From contig CAXXXD010000004.1 of NCBI GenBank assembly GCA_963663385.2, forward strand, positions 1 through 64,000: a stretch of 64,000 nt of DNA. The letters run 5' to 3'. Under the pieces are notes generated by a model. That model was not told the DNA's origin and did not search any database. It saw only the letters and a program-made list of their open reading frames with translations. Shown one piece after another: positions 47,943-58,421 of the stretch. The position numbers and the translations under genes are program-made. Within the stretch, counting starts at the first letter, position 1; every line of letters begins with the position of its first letter. Source of the DNA: Oceanispirochaeta sp. Lineage in GTDB: Bacteria; Spirochaetota; Spirochaetia; DSM-2461.

Positions 47943-49028
47943 ATGATGGAAAGCGTATCTAATGTCTATTACCAGAGGATTGATGCTCACACATCAACCG
48001 AAGAGATTCAGATTATCACCAGGAACCTGTTGAATACACTGATCGAAAAGGAGAAGGTCGAACTCGAGCAAACCATCCCGTTGAAGGTCCATTTCGGAGA
48101 GAGCGGGAATGTCACTTTTCTGAAATCGGAAAACTACCGGGGAGTGATCGATTTTCTTAAAGAAAAGGAGATAGACAGTTCCTATATCGAGACGAGTGTT
48201 CTTTATGGCGGAACGCGTTTTAAAAAGGAGCTTCATGAACAGACGGCAAAGAAACACGGCTTTACGGAGCTTCCCATCATTTTTGCCGACGGGGATCACG
48301 GAGAGAACTTTGCCGAGGTGGAGATCAATAAGAAACATTTTAAAACGTTCAAGGTGGGGAAGGCTTTCCTCGATTACAAACAGCTGATTGTTCTGGCTCA
48401 TTTCAAGGGGCACCGGATGGCGGGATTCGGCGGAGCGATGAAACAGCTCTCAATGGGATGTGCCGCCAAGGGCGGTAAAATGGCTATGCATATGGGAGAG
48501 AAACCCCATATTATCAGCCGGAAGTGCAAACAGTGCAATCTCTGTAAGTCCCGGTGTAACGAAGACGCCCTCCATATCGGAGAAATAAAAGAGGGGAGAG
48601 GATCAACGAAGCGGTCATGGATAGATAAAGACAAATGCGTCGGCTGCGGAGCCTGTGTGGCGATCTGTCCTCACGGGGCCGTCTCTATTATCTCTCTGAA
48701 AAGCGTGATGAAGTTTTTGGGTATCGGGAATCCCTTTCTCGAAAAAGTGGTCGAGGGAGCCTTCGCCGCACAGAAGGGCAAAAAGAATATTTATATTAAC
48801 TTTGCGATGAATATTACGCCGGGATGTGACTGTGAGGGGAAAAAGATGAAAATTCTGATGGATGATTTCGGCATCTTTATTTCGACAGATCCCGTGGCTA
48901 TTGACCGGGCCTGTTACGATATGACCAAAGAGCGGGGCCGGACATTCAAGGGATTTAAACAGTTTGCCTACGCGGAAAAGATCGGACTGGGATCAACTGA
49001 ATACAGGCTGATTGAGATAGGGGCTTAA
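47943..49028 (+). CDS. DUF362-family Fe-S protein with 2x[4Fe-4S] ferredoxin insert
   Basis: KVHFGE.GN, HFKGH.MAGFGGAMKQL.MG, CKQCNLCKSRC, CVGCGACVAICP, CDC, STDPVAID. Confidence 0.88.
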   Translation: MMESVSNVYYQRIDAHTSTEEIQIITRNLLNTLIEKEKVELEQTIPLKVHFGESGNVTFLKSENYRGVIDFLKEKEIDSSYIETSVLYGGTRFKKELHEQTAKKHGFTELPIIFADGDHGENFAEVEINKKHFKTFKVGKAFLDYKQLIVLAHFKGHRMAGFGGAMKQLSMGCAAKGGKMAMHMGEKPHIISRKCKQCNLCKSRCNEDALHIGEIKEGRGSTKRSWIDKDKCVGCGACVAICPHGAVSIISLKSVMKFLGIGNPFLEKVVEGAFAAQKGKKNIYINFAMNITPGCDCEGKKMKILMDDFGIFISTDPVAIDRACYDMTKERGRTFKGFKQFAYAEKIGLGSTEYRLIEIGA

Positions 49029-49034
49029 TCCGGT

Positions 49035-49952
49035 ATGAGTGATATTCTCCGAATAGGTACGATTTCTCAGGTTCATGAGGCATTACAGCTGCCCAAACCG
49101 AATCATCCCCAGGTGTCGGTTTTTCTCCATGACGATATTATCAGGAGAGAGGAATATCGCAATATCCCGATTATTCTGGACCTTTATCAGATCACCTTTA
49201 AGATGTGCTCCGAGGGCGCGATTCAATACGGGAGAAATTCCTACGACTTCCAGGAAGGGACATTGATATTTACCCGCCCGGGTCAGGTGCTATCCTTCCG
49301 GGATGTGAGAGAGGATGACGGGCATGGAGGAGGATGGACTCTATTATTTCATCCCGACCTGATCCGAAAGTCCGATCTCGGCTGTAATATCGAACGTTAT
49401 CGATTCTTTTCCTATGATGTGAATGAAGCACTCCATCTCTCCGATGGCGAAAAAAAGACTCTTCTCGATATAATCGATAAGATCATCGATGAGTACAAAG
49501 CCAATCTCGATCGTCACAGTCAGAAGCTTATCATCTCAAATATAGAGCTCCTTCTCGACTATTGCATACGGTTCTACGATCGTCAGTTTTATACCCGTAC
49601 AAATCTCAATTCCGATCTTGTTTCCAGGTTTGAACGGTGGCTTTCCGAATACATGGAGAGAGAGGATCTCAAAGAATACGGACTCCCTTCGGTCAGCATT
49701 TGTGCTGAGCACTTCAATCTCTCCCCCAATTATCTGAGTGATCTGTTGAAAAAGGAAACAGGGAAAACGACACAGGAGCATATTCACTACTATATTATTG
49801 AGCGGGCCAAAACAATTCTTCTGAATTCTCAATTGTCAGTAGGAGAAATTGCCTACGAATTGGGGTTTGAATACCCGCAGTATTTCAGCAAACTCTTCAA
49901 ATCGAAAACCGGGTTTGCTCCGGGAGCTTTCAGGGATTTCAATGAAGAATAA
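49035..49952 (+). CDS. AraC-family regulator
   Basis: YGRNSYDFQEG, FHPDL, FFSY..NEALHLS, LSPNYLSDLLKKETG, LGFEYPQYFS.LFK. Confidence 0.93.
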   Translation: MSDILRIGTISQVHEALQLPKPNHPQVSVFLHDDIIRREEYRNIPIILDLYQITFKMCSEGAIQYGRNSYDFQEGTLIFTRPGQVLSFRDVREDDGHGGGWTLLFHPDLIRKSDLGCNIERYRFFSYDVNEALHLSDGEKKTLLDIIDKIIDEYKANLDRHSQKLIISNIELLLDYCIRFYDRQFYTRTNLNSDLVSRFERWLSEYMEREDLKEYGLPSVSICAEHFNLSPNYLSDLLKKETGKTTQEHIHYYIIERAKTILLNSQLSVGEIAYELGFEYPQYFSKLFKSKTGFAPGAFRDFNEE

Positions 49953-50420
49953 TCTGGTTGCTTTCCCATCAGGCCGAACTTTGTTTATCATACTTCAAAT
50001 GATATTCATACTGAATTATTGCACACTCGCCATCTGAGGATCTCTATCCCTCATAGACTGTTCGATTCTTACAAGACTCAACATTGATAATGCTCGTAAT
50101 GTTACAGAGGATTTATTAACTGATAACAGTGAGATCGGTTTAGTTTTCTAAGTATATCCTACCTGGGAATACATTACGAATCACCGAGGATATGGAAGTA
50201 ACCCCTAAACTGAAAATAAGGAGACCTATGGCAATCAGGGAATAGCCATGAGCTGCTCCCTTAATACCGCTAAAATAGCTAAAAGGATCTTTAAATCCTT
50301 CCCACATAGCCCAGATCCCAAGGGAAAAAAGAGAAAGAGAGCAATTGCTACTCTACTGGCGATAGCAGACGCCTTCAGCCTTAATAGGTTTTTCGTTTTT
50401 TCCTTACTCTGACTAATAAA

Positions 50421-50672
50421 GAAATCGGAGATACATACACCTGCACTTATGGCTGCCCCGTCAAAAAGGATGGAGAGGGGATTTGTTCTAAAGTAATGAT
50501 GATAATGTTTCCAATCATGGAGGCAGTAAGAAGCGGCGGAGATTTGGAAAACATCGGTGGGAATTGCAAATATTGCAAGGATGTCGTAAGTCCGGACGGA
50601 TGCGTTATGTTTAGGATGACTGCAAATAAACTTGGTAATGAGAATTTCTTTAAGAAGAGTTTTTCTAATTAG
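50421..50672 (+). pseudogene. 5'-truncated TIGR04076-like Cys-rich protein
   Basis: Manual translation EIGDTYTCTYGCPVKKDGEGICSKVMMIMFPIMEAVRSGGDLENIGG...VSPDGCVMFRMTA...*; in-frame TAG at 50385 and no start codon before the conserved part. Confidence 0.65.
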
Positions 50673-50765
50673 TCTCTATCGTTTTATATTCCCTTGAAAT
50701 AAACAGACGATTAGTTATGGAGCGGGTTTTTTCTGTATAGAATCATGAAAGGAGTACAGGATTCG

Positions 50766-52814
50766 TCAATGTGCAGCAGGAAGGTCTATGAAAAAAGTCG
50801 TACCCTCTCCAGGCTTTGTTTTCAGATCAATTCTCCCTCTGTGTTGTTCTATGATGTTTTTTACCATCATCAATCCCAGACCGGAACCCTGATCGTGCTT
50901 CTTTGTTGTAAAAAAAGGTTTAAATAAGTTGTCCTGATGCTCCGGAGCGATTCCGATCCCCGTATCAGCGACAGAAATCCTCCAGAAATCACCGGAATCG
51001 GTTTTATTTTTATTTACTGCGATTGTCAAAATGCCGCCGGATTCCCCCCCGGATCTCATGATTGTCATGGCGTGTGACGCGTTTATACAGAGATTCAGGA
51101 GCACCTGTTCCAGCTGAGTCGCATTGCCTTTGACGAGCAGCGGTGATTCAGGGAGGATTTCCCTTATTTTAATTGATCGGTTGAATGAGTTCCGGCAAAT
51201 ATTCAGCACTTCTTCCACGACATCTGTGAGATCGACGGTTTCAATGGAAAACTGTGTATTTCGGGAAAATGACAGCAGCTGGCGAATCAGTTCATTGATT
51301 CTTTTAAGGGTTTGTTCCATGATTTCGAGGTTTTCTTCCAGCTCGGCAGTTGGGATTATACGTTCCTTTTTAATCTTTAACTTTAAGAGTGAAACGACGG
51401 AAGCAATCCCGCCAATCAAATTGTTAAAATCATGAGCCAGTCCACTCGACAAGGCTCCGATAATCTCCATCTTTTGTGCCTGCCTTAACATCTGCTCCTT
51501 TTCCTCAATTTCTGTTATATCTCTTATGATTGATTCGATACACGGCTCACCGTTGTAATCTATTATCGCAAAAGAACTTATAGTCTTCAGCTCGTGAAAC
51601 TGAGCATCCCGGAAATTAACGGGAAGATTTTTTATCTCACCTTTTTTATTCAATTCTCTTAAAAGAAGGCTTCTGTCTTCTTCCGGATTGACATATAAAT
51701 CTCTTGTATTGATGCTCCTGGCAGAATCAGCTGAAAATTTGAAAAGTTTATTGAATTCTTCATTATAAGACAGGAGATCGCCGTTCATCCTGGAAATACA
51801 GATCCCTTCCGGTGCCAACCTGAAAAGTGTCTGATGATTCTTACGGCTTTTCCTCAAATCCCTTTCTGTTTTTTTCCTGACCTGAATATTCCAATACAGA
51901 TAGAATATCACTATAAGCTGAAGTAATATGAACAGGAAAACTATTATAATTTGCTTTTTATTGACAATAAATGTCTGGCGATTCTCCTGCAGAACAATTA
52001 GCTCCCAGGATGGATCAAGAAAAGACTCTCTATGAATCCTCATCGGTGTATCGAGAAATTTAATGCTTTTTCGGTCAAAGAAAACGGGCATGGGTTCGAG
52101 ATTGCTGTCTCCGAACTGTCTGCTTTCCCTTATCGTGTTGATTTCATCTTCTTTTTTGGGATAACAGAAGTGAAAAAGATAGTCCGGGTAATTTGTTGCA
52201 ATAACAACTTTGTTGGGAGACAGAAGAAAAACAGGATCTTTATAGCTTTTGATAAGTTCATCAATTTTTTCCAGTCCGATTTTCACAATAATTATCCCGA
52301 TTATTTCTCCGGAAAGGTCTTTTTTTACAGGATTGCTGAAGTAGAGTCCTCTTTCATCTGTTGTTACCCCCAAAGCAGGATAGACGGTTGATTCTCCTCT
52401 GAGAGCTGACTGGATATAAGGACGGAAGCTGTAATTGTTTCCGGTCAGTGTTTTCCCGCCATCAAAGGGGGTGCAGGCTGTAACGGTGCCGTCTTTATCG
52501 GTTATATAGACCAAAGAAGAATCAAAAAGTCTTCTGACCGTATCGAGGGTGTTGAGGATCTCTTCATTGTCACATTCTGCAGTCCCCGAGAGCAATCGGG
52601 TGACGCTTGGCGATCCGGTCAGAGATTCAATTCCTGACTGCATGGATGTAAATACGGCATTTTTCAGTTGTCGGGTTATATCAAAGTCATTTTTATAATC
52701 CGGTTCTGATCTGGTCGTCAGTACCTGCAGGAGGATAGCAAGTGATGCAAGGGAGAATAAAACAACCAATACAGTCAATAGCAGTTTGTAATTCACAGAA
52801 CCAGTACTTTTCAT
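50766..52814 (-). CDS. Cache-PAS sensor histidine kinase (no adjacent response regulator)
   Basis: TM, GNNYSFRPY..AL...GLYFS.P (DctB-like Cache), TM, PAS, QAQKME.IG.L..GLAHDFNN, LEQVLLNLCINA, DTGIGI, GSGLGL. Confidence 0.9.
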   Translation of the reverse strand: MKSTGSVNYKLLLTVLVVLFSLASLAILLQVLTTRSEPDYKNDFDITRQLKNAVFTSMQSGIESLTGSPSVTRLLSGTAECDNEEILNTLDTVRRLFDSSLVYITDKDGTVTACTPFDGGKTLTGNNYSFRPYIQSALRGESTVYPALGVTTDERGLYFSNPVKKDLSGEIIGIIIVKIGLEKIDELIKSYKDPVFLLSPNKVVIATNYPDYLFHFCYPKKEDEINTIRESRQFGDSNLEPMPVFFDRKSIKFLDTPMRIHRESFLDPSWELIVLQENRQTFIVNKKQIIIVFLFILLQLIVIFYLYWNIQVRKKTERDLRKSRKNHQTLFRLAPEGICISRMNGDLLSYNEEFNKLFKFSADSARSINTRDLYVNPEEDRSLLLRELNKKGEIKNLPVNFRDAQFHELKTISSFAIIDYNGEPCIESIIRDITEIEEKEQMLRQAQKMEIIGALSSGLAHDFNNLIGGIASVVSLLKLKIKKERIIPTAELEENLEIMEQTLKRINELIRQLLSFSRNTQFSIETVDLTDVVEEVLNICRNSFNRSIKIREILPESPLLVKGNATQLEQVLLNLCINASHAMTIMRSGGESGGILTIAVNKNKTDSGDFWRISVADTGIGIAPEHQDNLFKPFFTTKKHDQGSGLGLMMVKNIIEQHRGRIDLKTKPGEGTTFFIDLPAAH

Positions 52815-53077
52815 AGATACTTAATTATAATACAAAACCCATAGGGATGAAAATTTACCCTGGTTTGAACGGTAGGGTTAGTTGTCTGTCCAATAGAAAC
52901 ATCGAACCGAAAATTAATGAACAGCAGATTCCGACTCTGCCCGGATACCGAAGGCAGGCGAAGCCTTAAGCCAGCTTCGGGGCGACCGGCCTGTGAACCT
53001 TTTAAACACGGTTGCGAAATACTGACTGGAGGAGAATCCCAGGGTGAAAGCAACATCGGTAACGCTCTGTCCGGCAG

Positions 53078-53735
53078 GGAGAGTTTCATAAGGTCGGAAC
53101 CTACGTTGATGAGTGGGGCTGCCGTTTTGAAAATATACATGAGGGGATCATCGGAGAGGTGAAGGAGCCTCTGATCCGTGAGTGGGAGGATCTGGACAAA
53201 CTCAGGCCTCCCCGGGAGCTTCTGACATTCGACAGGGAGAAGGTTAACGCCTTTTGCCGATCCACCGACCGGTTTGTAATTGCCGCCGGACTGGCCCGTC
53301 CCTTCGAGCGGATGCAGTGGCTTCGGACAACGGAACAGCTCTTTATGGATCTGGCTCTGGCGCCGGATGAGGGATATCATTCATTCCTTCTATATGGAGG
53401 AGATAGCGCTCTGGTGTGATACAGAGGTGGATGAGGTCTGGTTTATGGACGACTGGGGTTCGCAGAACTCCCTTCTGATCTCCCCGGATATGTGGCGTGA
53501 GTTTTTTGCACCCTGCTACCGGGACTACATCAATCTGGCTCACTCCAGGGGGGAACTGGACCGGCAGCATCTGCTGCCTGAGGGAACACCCGAACAGATC
53601 GATGAGGCCGCCAGGCTTTTGAAAGAGTCCTTCTACAGAGACGGCGGATTCATCGTTCAGTGTGAGTTCGGTCCCGCCGCCCGGCCGGATAACATCCTCC
53701 GCTATTTTGCCGGGTTCTGCGTACAGCGCGGTTAA
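53078..53735 (+). pseudogene. URO-D/MtaA-CmuA-family pseudogene
   Basis: VGTYVDEWGC...GEVKEPL, PFERMQWLR..E.L.MDL, then a frameshift to DDWGSQ.SLLISP.MWRE.F.P.Y, ELDRQHLLP.GTPE, QCEFGP. No start, and the H.DG segment is missing. Confidence 0.8.
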
Positions 53736-53975
53736 GGCTTCTCTGTTCCGCTCCCGGAGAGGATAGAAGAACTGTAAGCCTGAAACGGACAAATCAGAGC
53801 ATAAAATGACAGGATATTATTTTCTCTACGCCCTAGAATGACTCCGGAAATGAAGTAAGGAGTGAATAGATGGAAACGAGAAAAGTCCGGTATCTGAATT
53901 TTGAAGGAAATCGTCCCGCTGGATGTGTCGGGTCCAGTCTGAAAGGGGGATCGGTTCGGTGCTTTTACTGGAATC

Positions 53976-55013
53976 TCAATCCCCTGTGAATTCATTGACC
54001 GATTGCCTTTCGATTATTTCGCCCTGAATGTGGACTTTCCGGCAAGTCGCGGGATCTTTGATCCTTTCCAGCAATAGGTCGGCAGCGCTCTGTCCCGCTT
54101 CTTCGATTTTTATTTCAAGAGTCGAAAGGGGAGGATCGGCCAGTTCCGAAAAGAGGGAGTTGTTTCGTCCGATGATTGAGATATCTCCCGGCACCGTCAA
54201 CCCCCTGGCTTTAACAGCAGCCAGAGCGCTTGAAGCCATAAGATCGGACAGGGCGCATATGGCTGAAATATCCCGATGAACTTCAAGAAATCTGCTGACT
54301 TTCAAATGGGTATCTGTATGCGAATAATTGCCGTATAGGATTAATTGGTTGTTAAACGGAATTCCCCACAGTTTCAGGATCCTTCTGTATTCTTTCAATA
54401 TCAACTGCATATGTACACTGTTGGATCGTCCGAGAATAAGGAGAATCTTTCTATGTCCCTCTTCCAGAAGGTATTCCAGCCCTTTCAGGGTGACCAGATC
54501 ATCGATTATTACCTGGTTAACATTATTCGGAACACCGGGGATGTTTAACGTGACAAAAGGTTTGCCCGTATTCTCAAGTTCCCGGATATTCCATAGAATA
54601 TGTTCCATTGTACAGAAACCCGTGCTGAATAGAATGTACCCGTCACAGCCGGCGGTGTTCTGCAGCTGCTCCTTTACATTGTCTTCGGAAGAACTGGCTG
54701 AGGACGGGAAAAAAAGCAGACTGTAGCCTTTAAGGGCCAGATGACTCTGTATCCCCGACAGTAAAGTATTCGTGTATCCGTTCTGGAATAGGGGTATATT
54801 GGAAGGGATAAGAATTCCGATTACTTTTGATTCGCTTTTCGATAAACTTTTGGCAAAAAAGTTTTTTCTATAATTCAGATCCTTTACAGCAATATCAATT
54901 TTTTTCTTCATTGCTGAACTGACCCGCTTTGTATCCGGGTTATTGAGATAAATGGATACGGAGGCAGAAGAAGTCCCCACTCTCTCTGCTATTTCCTTAA
55001 GACTTGATCCCAT
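53976..55013 (-). CDS. LacI-family regulator
   Basis: SLKEIAERVGTS.ASVS.YLN, LNY..N..AKSL, GHRKI, SD.MA, VPGDISIIG, PPLSTL. Confidence 0.93.
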   Translation of the reverse strand: MGSSLKEIAERVGTSSASVSIYLNNPDTKRVSSAMKKKIDIAVKDLNYRKNFFAKSLSKSESKVIGILIPSNIPLFQNGYTNTLLSGIQSHLALKGYSLLFFPSSASSSEDNVKEQLQNTAGCDGYILFSTGFCTMEHILWNIRELENTGKPFVTLNIPGVPNNVNQVIIDDLVTLKGLEYLLEEGHRKILLILGRSNSVHMQLILKEYRRILKLWGIPFNNQLILYGNYSHTDTHLKVSRFLEVHRDISAICALSDLMASSALAAVKARGLTVPGDISIIGRNNSLFSELADPPLSTLEIKIEEAGQSAADLLLERIKDPATCRKVHIQGEIIERQSVNEFTGD

Positions 55014-55023
55014 AATGCTCCTA

Positions 55024-55212
55024 TTAACCGTTTAACATATTGTATTTAACACAAAGGAATTTACCTGTCAAGTTTCAGATAGGATGATCCTCCGGGGTTA
55101 CAGATTAGTCAGGATATCAAAGGTCTAAACCTTTTTCAATCCAATTTTAATTATAATCATTGACAACAGAGCTTATACAATTATACTATCCTAAATTAGA
55201 TTAAGCGCTTAA
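55024..55212. promoter_or_regulatory. Two LacI-type operators TTAAnCGnTTAA and a sigma70 promoter
   Basis: TTAACCGTTTAA (55024-55035), perfect TTAAGCGCTTAA (55201-55212); TTGACA 55160 / TATACT 55182. Confidence 0.75.
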
Positions 55213-55271
55213 CCTGGCTGAAATCTGAAATCAAATTAACGGATTATATTTAGTTTGGAAGAGGAGAAGAT

Positions 55272-56273
55272 ATGAAAAAGGTTATAATTTCGCTATTACT
55301 GGCATTTCTGTTTCTACCTGTATACGCAAGCGGCTCACAGGAAAAAACTGATGAACCCAGAGTCTTGGTCGTATCCACATGGGATTATGACATCGAAGCT
55401 TTGCAGGAGTTTCTATTTACTCCTTTTGAAGAAGCGAACAATGTTAAAATAGAACTGGATCTGGGGCGGGACGGAGACAGATACACAAAACTGGCTAATG
55501 AGATTGATATTACAGAAATCGATGTGTTTCTAGCCACCCAGGCGACAGCCCAGAAAGGGATCAAAGACGGCCTTTTTGAAAAAATGAACAAATCGGAACT
55601 GGAAAATTTCGGAAACCTTTACGAATTGGCGAAAAACCCGAATGGGGCGGATTACGGTATGTTTTATACGGTTAACAGATTAAGAGTCGCCGGCAATTCA
55701 GATAGCATTCCGGGTACCTGGGATGAAATCTTTGCAGACAGCAGCAGTAAAGTCGCCATCCCCCATATGACTTCAACTTTCGGACCGATGGTTCTGTATG
55801 GAGCCGGGGATGTTTCGGGCAGCGCTTCGGCGAACATGGCTAAAATTGAAAACTGGGTTGCCAACGGAAATGTTGACGCCTATGTAAGCACTTTCAGCGC
55901 CAGAAAAGCCGTTATCAACGGAGAATACGATTACGCCCTGATGGCGGATTTCGGCTATACTCCCGATCTGAAATGGGGCGACCTGGATAAAGTATTATTG
56001 AACGGTAATACCGTAAACATTGTTAAGGGCACCGAAAACAAAGATCTGGCAATGAAATTTATCGATTTCCTGCTTTCAGAAGCAGTACAGAAAGAGTCTC
56101 TGGACCGGGGAATTGATTCTCCTGTTAATATGAACGTTGCCTTTGAAGCAGATCAGGAAGATTCCAAGACGAATCTCGCGTCCTTCCCGAATGCGGTCAT
56201 TACCGATATTGATCTGGTAAATGAGAACAGAGCAGCCTGGGTAGCCAAGTGGAATGAGTTGTTCACCGAGTAA
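55272..56273 (+). CDS. PotD/AfuA-like ABC substrate-binding protein
   Basis: Leader YASGSQE, LVVSTW, PFEEANNVKI, IVKGTENKDLA.KFIDFLLS..VQ, W..KWNE. Confidence 0.88.
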   Translation: MKKVIISLLLAFLFLPVYASGSQEKTDEPRVLVVSTWDYDIEALQEFLFTPFEEANNVKIELDLGRDGDRYTKLANEIDITEIDVFLATQATAQKGIKDGLFEKMNKSELENFGNLYELAKNPNGADYGMFYTVNRLRVAGNSDSIPGTWDEIFADSSSKVAIPHMTSTFGPMVLYGAGDVSGSASANMAKIENWVANGNVDAYVSTFSARKAVINGEYDYALMADFGYTPDLKWGDLDKVLLNGNTVNIVKGTENKDLAMKFIDFLLSEAVQKESLDRGIDSPVNMNVAFEADQEDSKTNLASFPNAVITDIDLVNENRAAWVAKWNELFTE

Positions 56274-57598
56274 TGAAAACTTTAATCAGGAATATTACTG
56301 TCATTACAATGAACGATACTCTTGAAATCCTGGAAAATGCGAATGTCTTGATTAAAAATGATGAGATTTCCCGCATTTACCAGGGGAAGGGATCTGAGGA
56401 ATATGATTCGATAATTGACGGTACCGGGAAGCTTCTGCTTCCCGGTTTTATAAATACCCATACCCATGTGCCCATGACCGTCTTCAGGGGGCTTGGCGAT
56501 GATATGAAGGATCGTCTCACCAGGCTCCTTTTTCCCCTGGAAAATAGATGCCTGAATGGCGATATCGTGTACGGATCTTCTCTGCTGAGTCTTTCGGAGA
56601 TGCTTCTCAGCGGCACCACATGTTATGCGGATATGTACACATTCATCAATTCCACGGCGAGAGCCTCCGGGGAACTGGGAATAAGGTCCTATATCGGACA
56701 GGGGATTACAGACGAGAGATCGGGCGAGCAGATAGACAGCGACCATGGTTTTGAGCTTTTCGGTAAATTTATGGATGAGCACAAGGATAACCCTCTGATA
56801 AACGGGGCTCTGGCTCCCCATTCGGTCTATATGACATCGGCGCCTTTATTGAAGAAATGCCGGGAGCTCTCAGATAAATATGAAGTCCCTTTTTTAATTC
56901 ACCTGGCCGAACAGGTGTGGGAAGCGGATCCCTATTTAGAGAAACACGGTTCGGTGGTTAAATATCTGCGGAATATTGATGTGCTCAGTAATCGTTTTAT
57001 CGGCGCCCACGGGAACCTGGTGGACATAGAGGATATGGAGATTCTCGCCAGGTACGGAGCGTCCATAGCCCATTGTCCTGCGGGGAACAGCAAAAGCGGC
57101 AGAACCATTGCTCCAATTTACGATTACCTGCAAAAAGGGGTAAATGTCAGTATCGCAACGGATGGTCCGATGAGCGGTAATCACATGGATATGATGAGCG
57201 TTATGAATTTCACCCCGAAGATGCAGAAAGTGAAATATCTGAACAGAAGCATATGCCCTGCAAAAGAGATTGTAAAAATGGCAACCATATACGGGGCGAA
57301 AGCATTGAATATCGATCATCTGGTGGGCAGTGTCGAAGTCGGGAAAAAAGCCGACCTGATTATTATAAACCCCAATACGATCAATATGCTGCCTCTCTAT
57401 GATTATTACGCTGCCATTGTCTATTCCATGCTCCCGAATAACATTGAACATGTGCTTGTGAACGGGAAATCTGTTGTAAGAGATTCTAAACTGGTAAATG
57501 TTAGAGAGAGCGAAGTGATCGGGAAGTTTATGGGTGCTTATGACATAGTCAAAGCGGAGAGTCTGGAACTGATGGAAAAGGTTGTAGAGTGTGAATAG
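56273..57598 (+). CDS. Metal-dependent amidohydrolase/deaminase (MtaD/Atz/Trz-like)
   Basis: LPGFINTHTH, APHS.Y, IHLAE, AHG, HCP.GN.K, ATDG, GS.EVGK.ADL. Confidence 0.9.
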   Translation: MKTLIRNITVITMNDTLEILENANVLIKNDEISRIYQGKGSEEYDSIIDGTGKLLLPGFINTHTHVPMTVFRGLGDDMKDRLTRLLFPLENRCLNGDIVYGSSLLSLSEMLLSGTTCYADMYTFINSTARASGELGIRSYIGQGITDERSGEQIDSDHGFELFGKFMDEHKDNPLINGALAPHSVYMTSAPLLKKCRELSDKYEVPFLIHLAEQVWEADPYLEKHGSVVKYLRNIDVLSNRFIGAHGNLVDIEDMEILARYGASIAHCPAGNSKSGRTIAPIYDYLQKGVNVSIATDGPMSGNHMDMMSVMNFTPKMQKVKYLNRSICPAKEIVKMATIYGAKALNIDHLVGSVEVGKKADLIIINPNTINMLPLYDYYAAIVYSMLPNNIEHVLVNGKSVVRDSKLVNVRESEVIGKFMGAYDIVKAESLELMEKVVECE

Positions 57599-58421
57599 GG
57601 AAAAAGCGATCATATTTTTACCAAGCTTATGTCTTATTGCGATACTGGTTTTTATTCCATTGATAATGCTGGCCAGTAAATCATTATCTGTTGGCGACTC
57701 CATAGGCATTGCCAATTACCTGGAACTCTTCAGAGATTCGACTTTTCATAAAGCCCTGAAAAACACCTTCTCCATCTCGTTTTTTGTAGTAGCGGCCACC
57801 CTGCTTTTAGGGTTGCCTACTGCCTACTTTATTTCCAGAACAAGCGGCAGATTGAAGAATGTTTTTTTACTATTAACCCTGTTCCCTCTTTTGACTAATG
57901 CCGTAGTCAGAAGTATTTCCTGGATGATCATATTGGGATATGACGGGATCCTGAGTCGGTTATTGAATAATCTGGGGCTGTTGATTGAACCGGTCAGTTT
58001 TATGTATTCCAAATTTGCCGTTATAGTCGGGTCGACTTATATATTTCTGCCGTTGATGATTGTTTCATTAATCGGTGTAATGGATAACATCCCGGAAGAG
58101 GTGGAAGATGCATCAATCAGCCTGGGGGCGTCGCGGTTCAAAACCTTCTTCACCATTATAATCCCGAACTCTATAAGCGGGATTATCGTTGGGCTGGTTC
58201 TGGTCTTTACAGCGACATTAACCGCCTATACAACTCCGAATATTCTTGGAGGTACGCGAACTGTTGTGCTTGCGACATTGGTTCAGCAATACGGAACGAC
58301 CCTGGGGCGATGGGAACTGGTTTCATCAATTTCTATTTTTCTGTTTGTCTTAACTGTTGTTGTCATCACTCTGATTAATAAAAGTGCCGAAGCGGTGGAG
58401 GGACGCAGTGAAAAAAAGTAA
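57591..58421 (+). CDS. PotB-like ABC permease
   Basis: P.AY.I, VVR...W..IL...G, EDASISLGAS, P.ILGG. Confidence 0.9.
   Translation: MNREKAIIFLPSLCLIAILVFIPLIMLASKSLSVGDSIGIANYLELFRDSTFHKALKNTFSISFFVVAATLLLGLPTAYFISRTSGRLKNVFLLLTLFPLLTNAVVRSISWMIILGYDGILSRLLNNLGLLIEPVSFMYSKFAVIVGSTYIFLPLMIVSLIGVMDNIPEEVEDASISLGASRFKTFFTIIIPNSISGIIVGLVLVFTATLTAYTTPNILGGTRTVVLATLVQQYGTTLGRWELVSSISIFLFVLTVVVITLINKSAEAVEGRSEKK

Noticed and set aside
52811..53380. 189-aa minus-strand ORF and 81-aa ORF 52917-53162
   Set aside because: Antisense or off-frame to the URO-D-like pseudogene; no motifs.
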